Origin: a bacterium CG10_46_32
Lineage (GTDB): Bacteria; Patescibacteriota; Patescibacteriia; UBA2169
Direction: 5' to 3'
NCBI GenBank assembly: GCA_001889965.1
Contig: MOEI01000006.1
Location: forward strand, 17,494-81,493
DNA: 64,000 nucleotides
In this document: piece after piece, positions 63,423 through 64,000 of the stretch
Layout: each line of letters starts with the position of its first letter
How positions within the stretch are numbered: the stretch's first letter is position 1
Notes under the pieces: model-generated
What the model saw: only the letters and a program-made list of their open reading frames with translations
Told to the model about the DNA's origin: nothing
Database searches by the model: none
Translations under genes and position numbers: made by a program

Positions 63423-64000
63423 TTATCTTCCTGCTCCCGAGAGCACGGTTTTAATGGTTTTGAGGATGATGGTTAAATCCAAAAACAAGGATCGGTTTTT
63501 AATGTAGTACAAATCATACTGCAGTTTTTTAAGGGAATCCTGTTTGCTCGCGGAGTGATATTCCCCGGAAATTTGATCCCAGCCAGTAAGTCCTGGCTTT
63601 ACGAGCAGGCGTTCGCGGTAGAAGGGCACGTCCTGTTCTAGTTGTTCCACAAATTCAGGACGTTCTGGCCTGGGGCCTACAAAGCTCATTTCTCCGCGGA
63701 AGATGTTCCATAGTTGAGGGATTTCATCAAGCCTGGTTTTCCGCAGGAATCTGCCTACCGGGGTTATGCGGATATCGTCTTTTTTTGCCCACTGAGGGCC
63801 ATGTTTTTCCGCATCAGCAACCATTGTTCGGAATTTAATGGCAGTAAATGATTTTCCATTTTTTCCGAGGCGCAACTGTTTAAAGAATATTGGCGTTCCG
63901 GATGTTGTAAGAATCAGGAGCCCAATGGGCGGAATTAAGAGCAGGAACACAGCGCCTGCTAAAAAAGCCACTATCACGTCTGTGAGGCGTTTTCCGAGGT
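63423..64000 (-). CDS. Polyprenyl-phosphate sugar phosphotransferase (WcaJ/WbaP-like), 5'-truncated
   Basis: Frame is open to the window edge (KRLTD); KFRTM, RITPVGRFLRKTRLDEIPQ, GEMSFVGPRPE, KPGLTGW, YDLYY. Confidence 0.92.
   Translation of the reverse strand, partial: LGKRLTDVIVAFLAGAVFLLLIPPIGLLILTTSGTPIFFKQLRLGKNGKSFTAIKFRTMVADAEKHGPQWAKKDDIRITPVGRFLRKTRLDEIPQLWNIFRGEMSFVGPRPERPEFVEQLEQDVPFYRERLLVKPGLTGWDQISGEYHSASKQDSLKKLQYDLYYIKNRSLFLDLTIILKTIKTVLSGAGR

Noticed and set aside
1-64000. Alternative genetic code (TGA=Gly, as in Gracilibacteria/SR1)
   Set aside because: Genes are full length under code 11 and TGA stops coincide with downstream ATG starts

Overview
This window is one contiguous surface-glycan biosynthesis region of about 57 CDSs. 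A densely packed + strand run (1-60252) converges on four - strand sugar genes (60249-64000). Standard code 11 applies (TGA stops in ATGA overlaps). Starts are AT-rich and mostly lack a Shine-Dalgarno motif, and the gene style suggests a Patescibacteria/CPR (Parcubacteria-like) genome; that assignment is inference. The locus encodes many glycosyltransferases, an ABC-type and a GtrA flippase, and at least two nonulosonic acid routes (pseudaminic-type and Neu5Ac-type). Tailoring enzymes include an AsnB amidotransferase, a carbamoyltransferase, 5 SAM methyltransferases, 2 deacetylases, acetamidino transferases with HisH/HisF, an AcpS/A-domain/carrier/GNAT aminoacylation module and a sulfotransferase. 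Highlights: (i) a pyruvate kinase-ATP sulfurylase-APS kinase triple fusion inside a sulfation module; (ii) a CotH kinase-VTC-DUF4956 module; (iii) a BldC/excisionase-like HTH gene whose perfect sigma70 promoter is overlaid by three 10-bp direct repeats; (iv) three small palindromic or repeat elements, one apparently absorbed into a protein N-terminus. No rRNA, tRNA, CRISPR array, transposase or integrase was seen. All family calls come from motif recognition in the translations; no database search was run.
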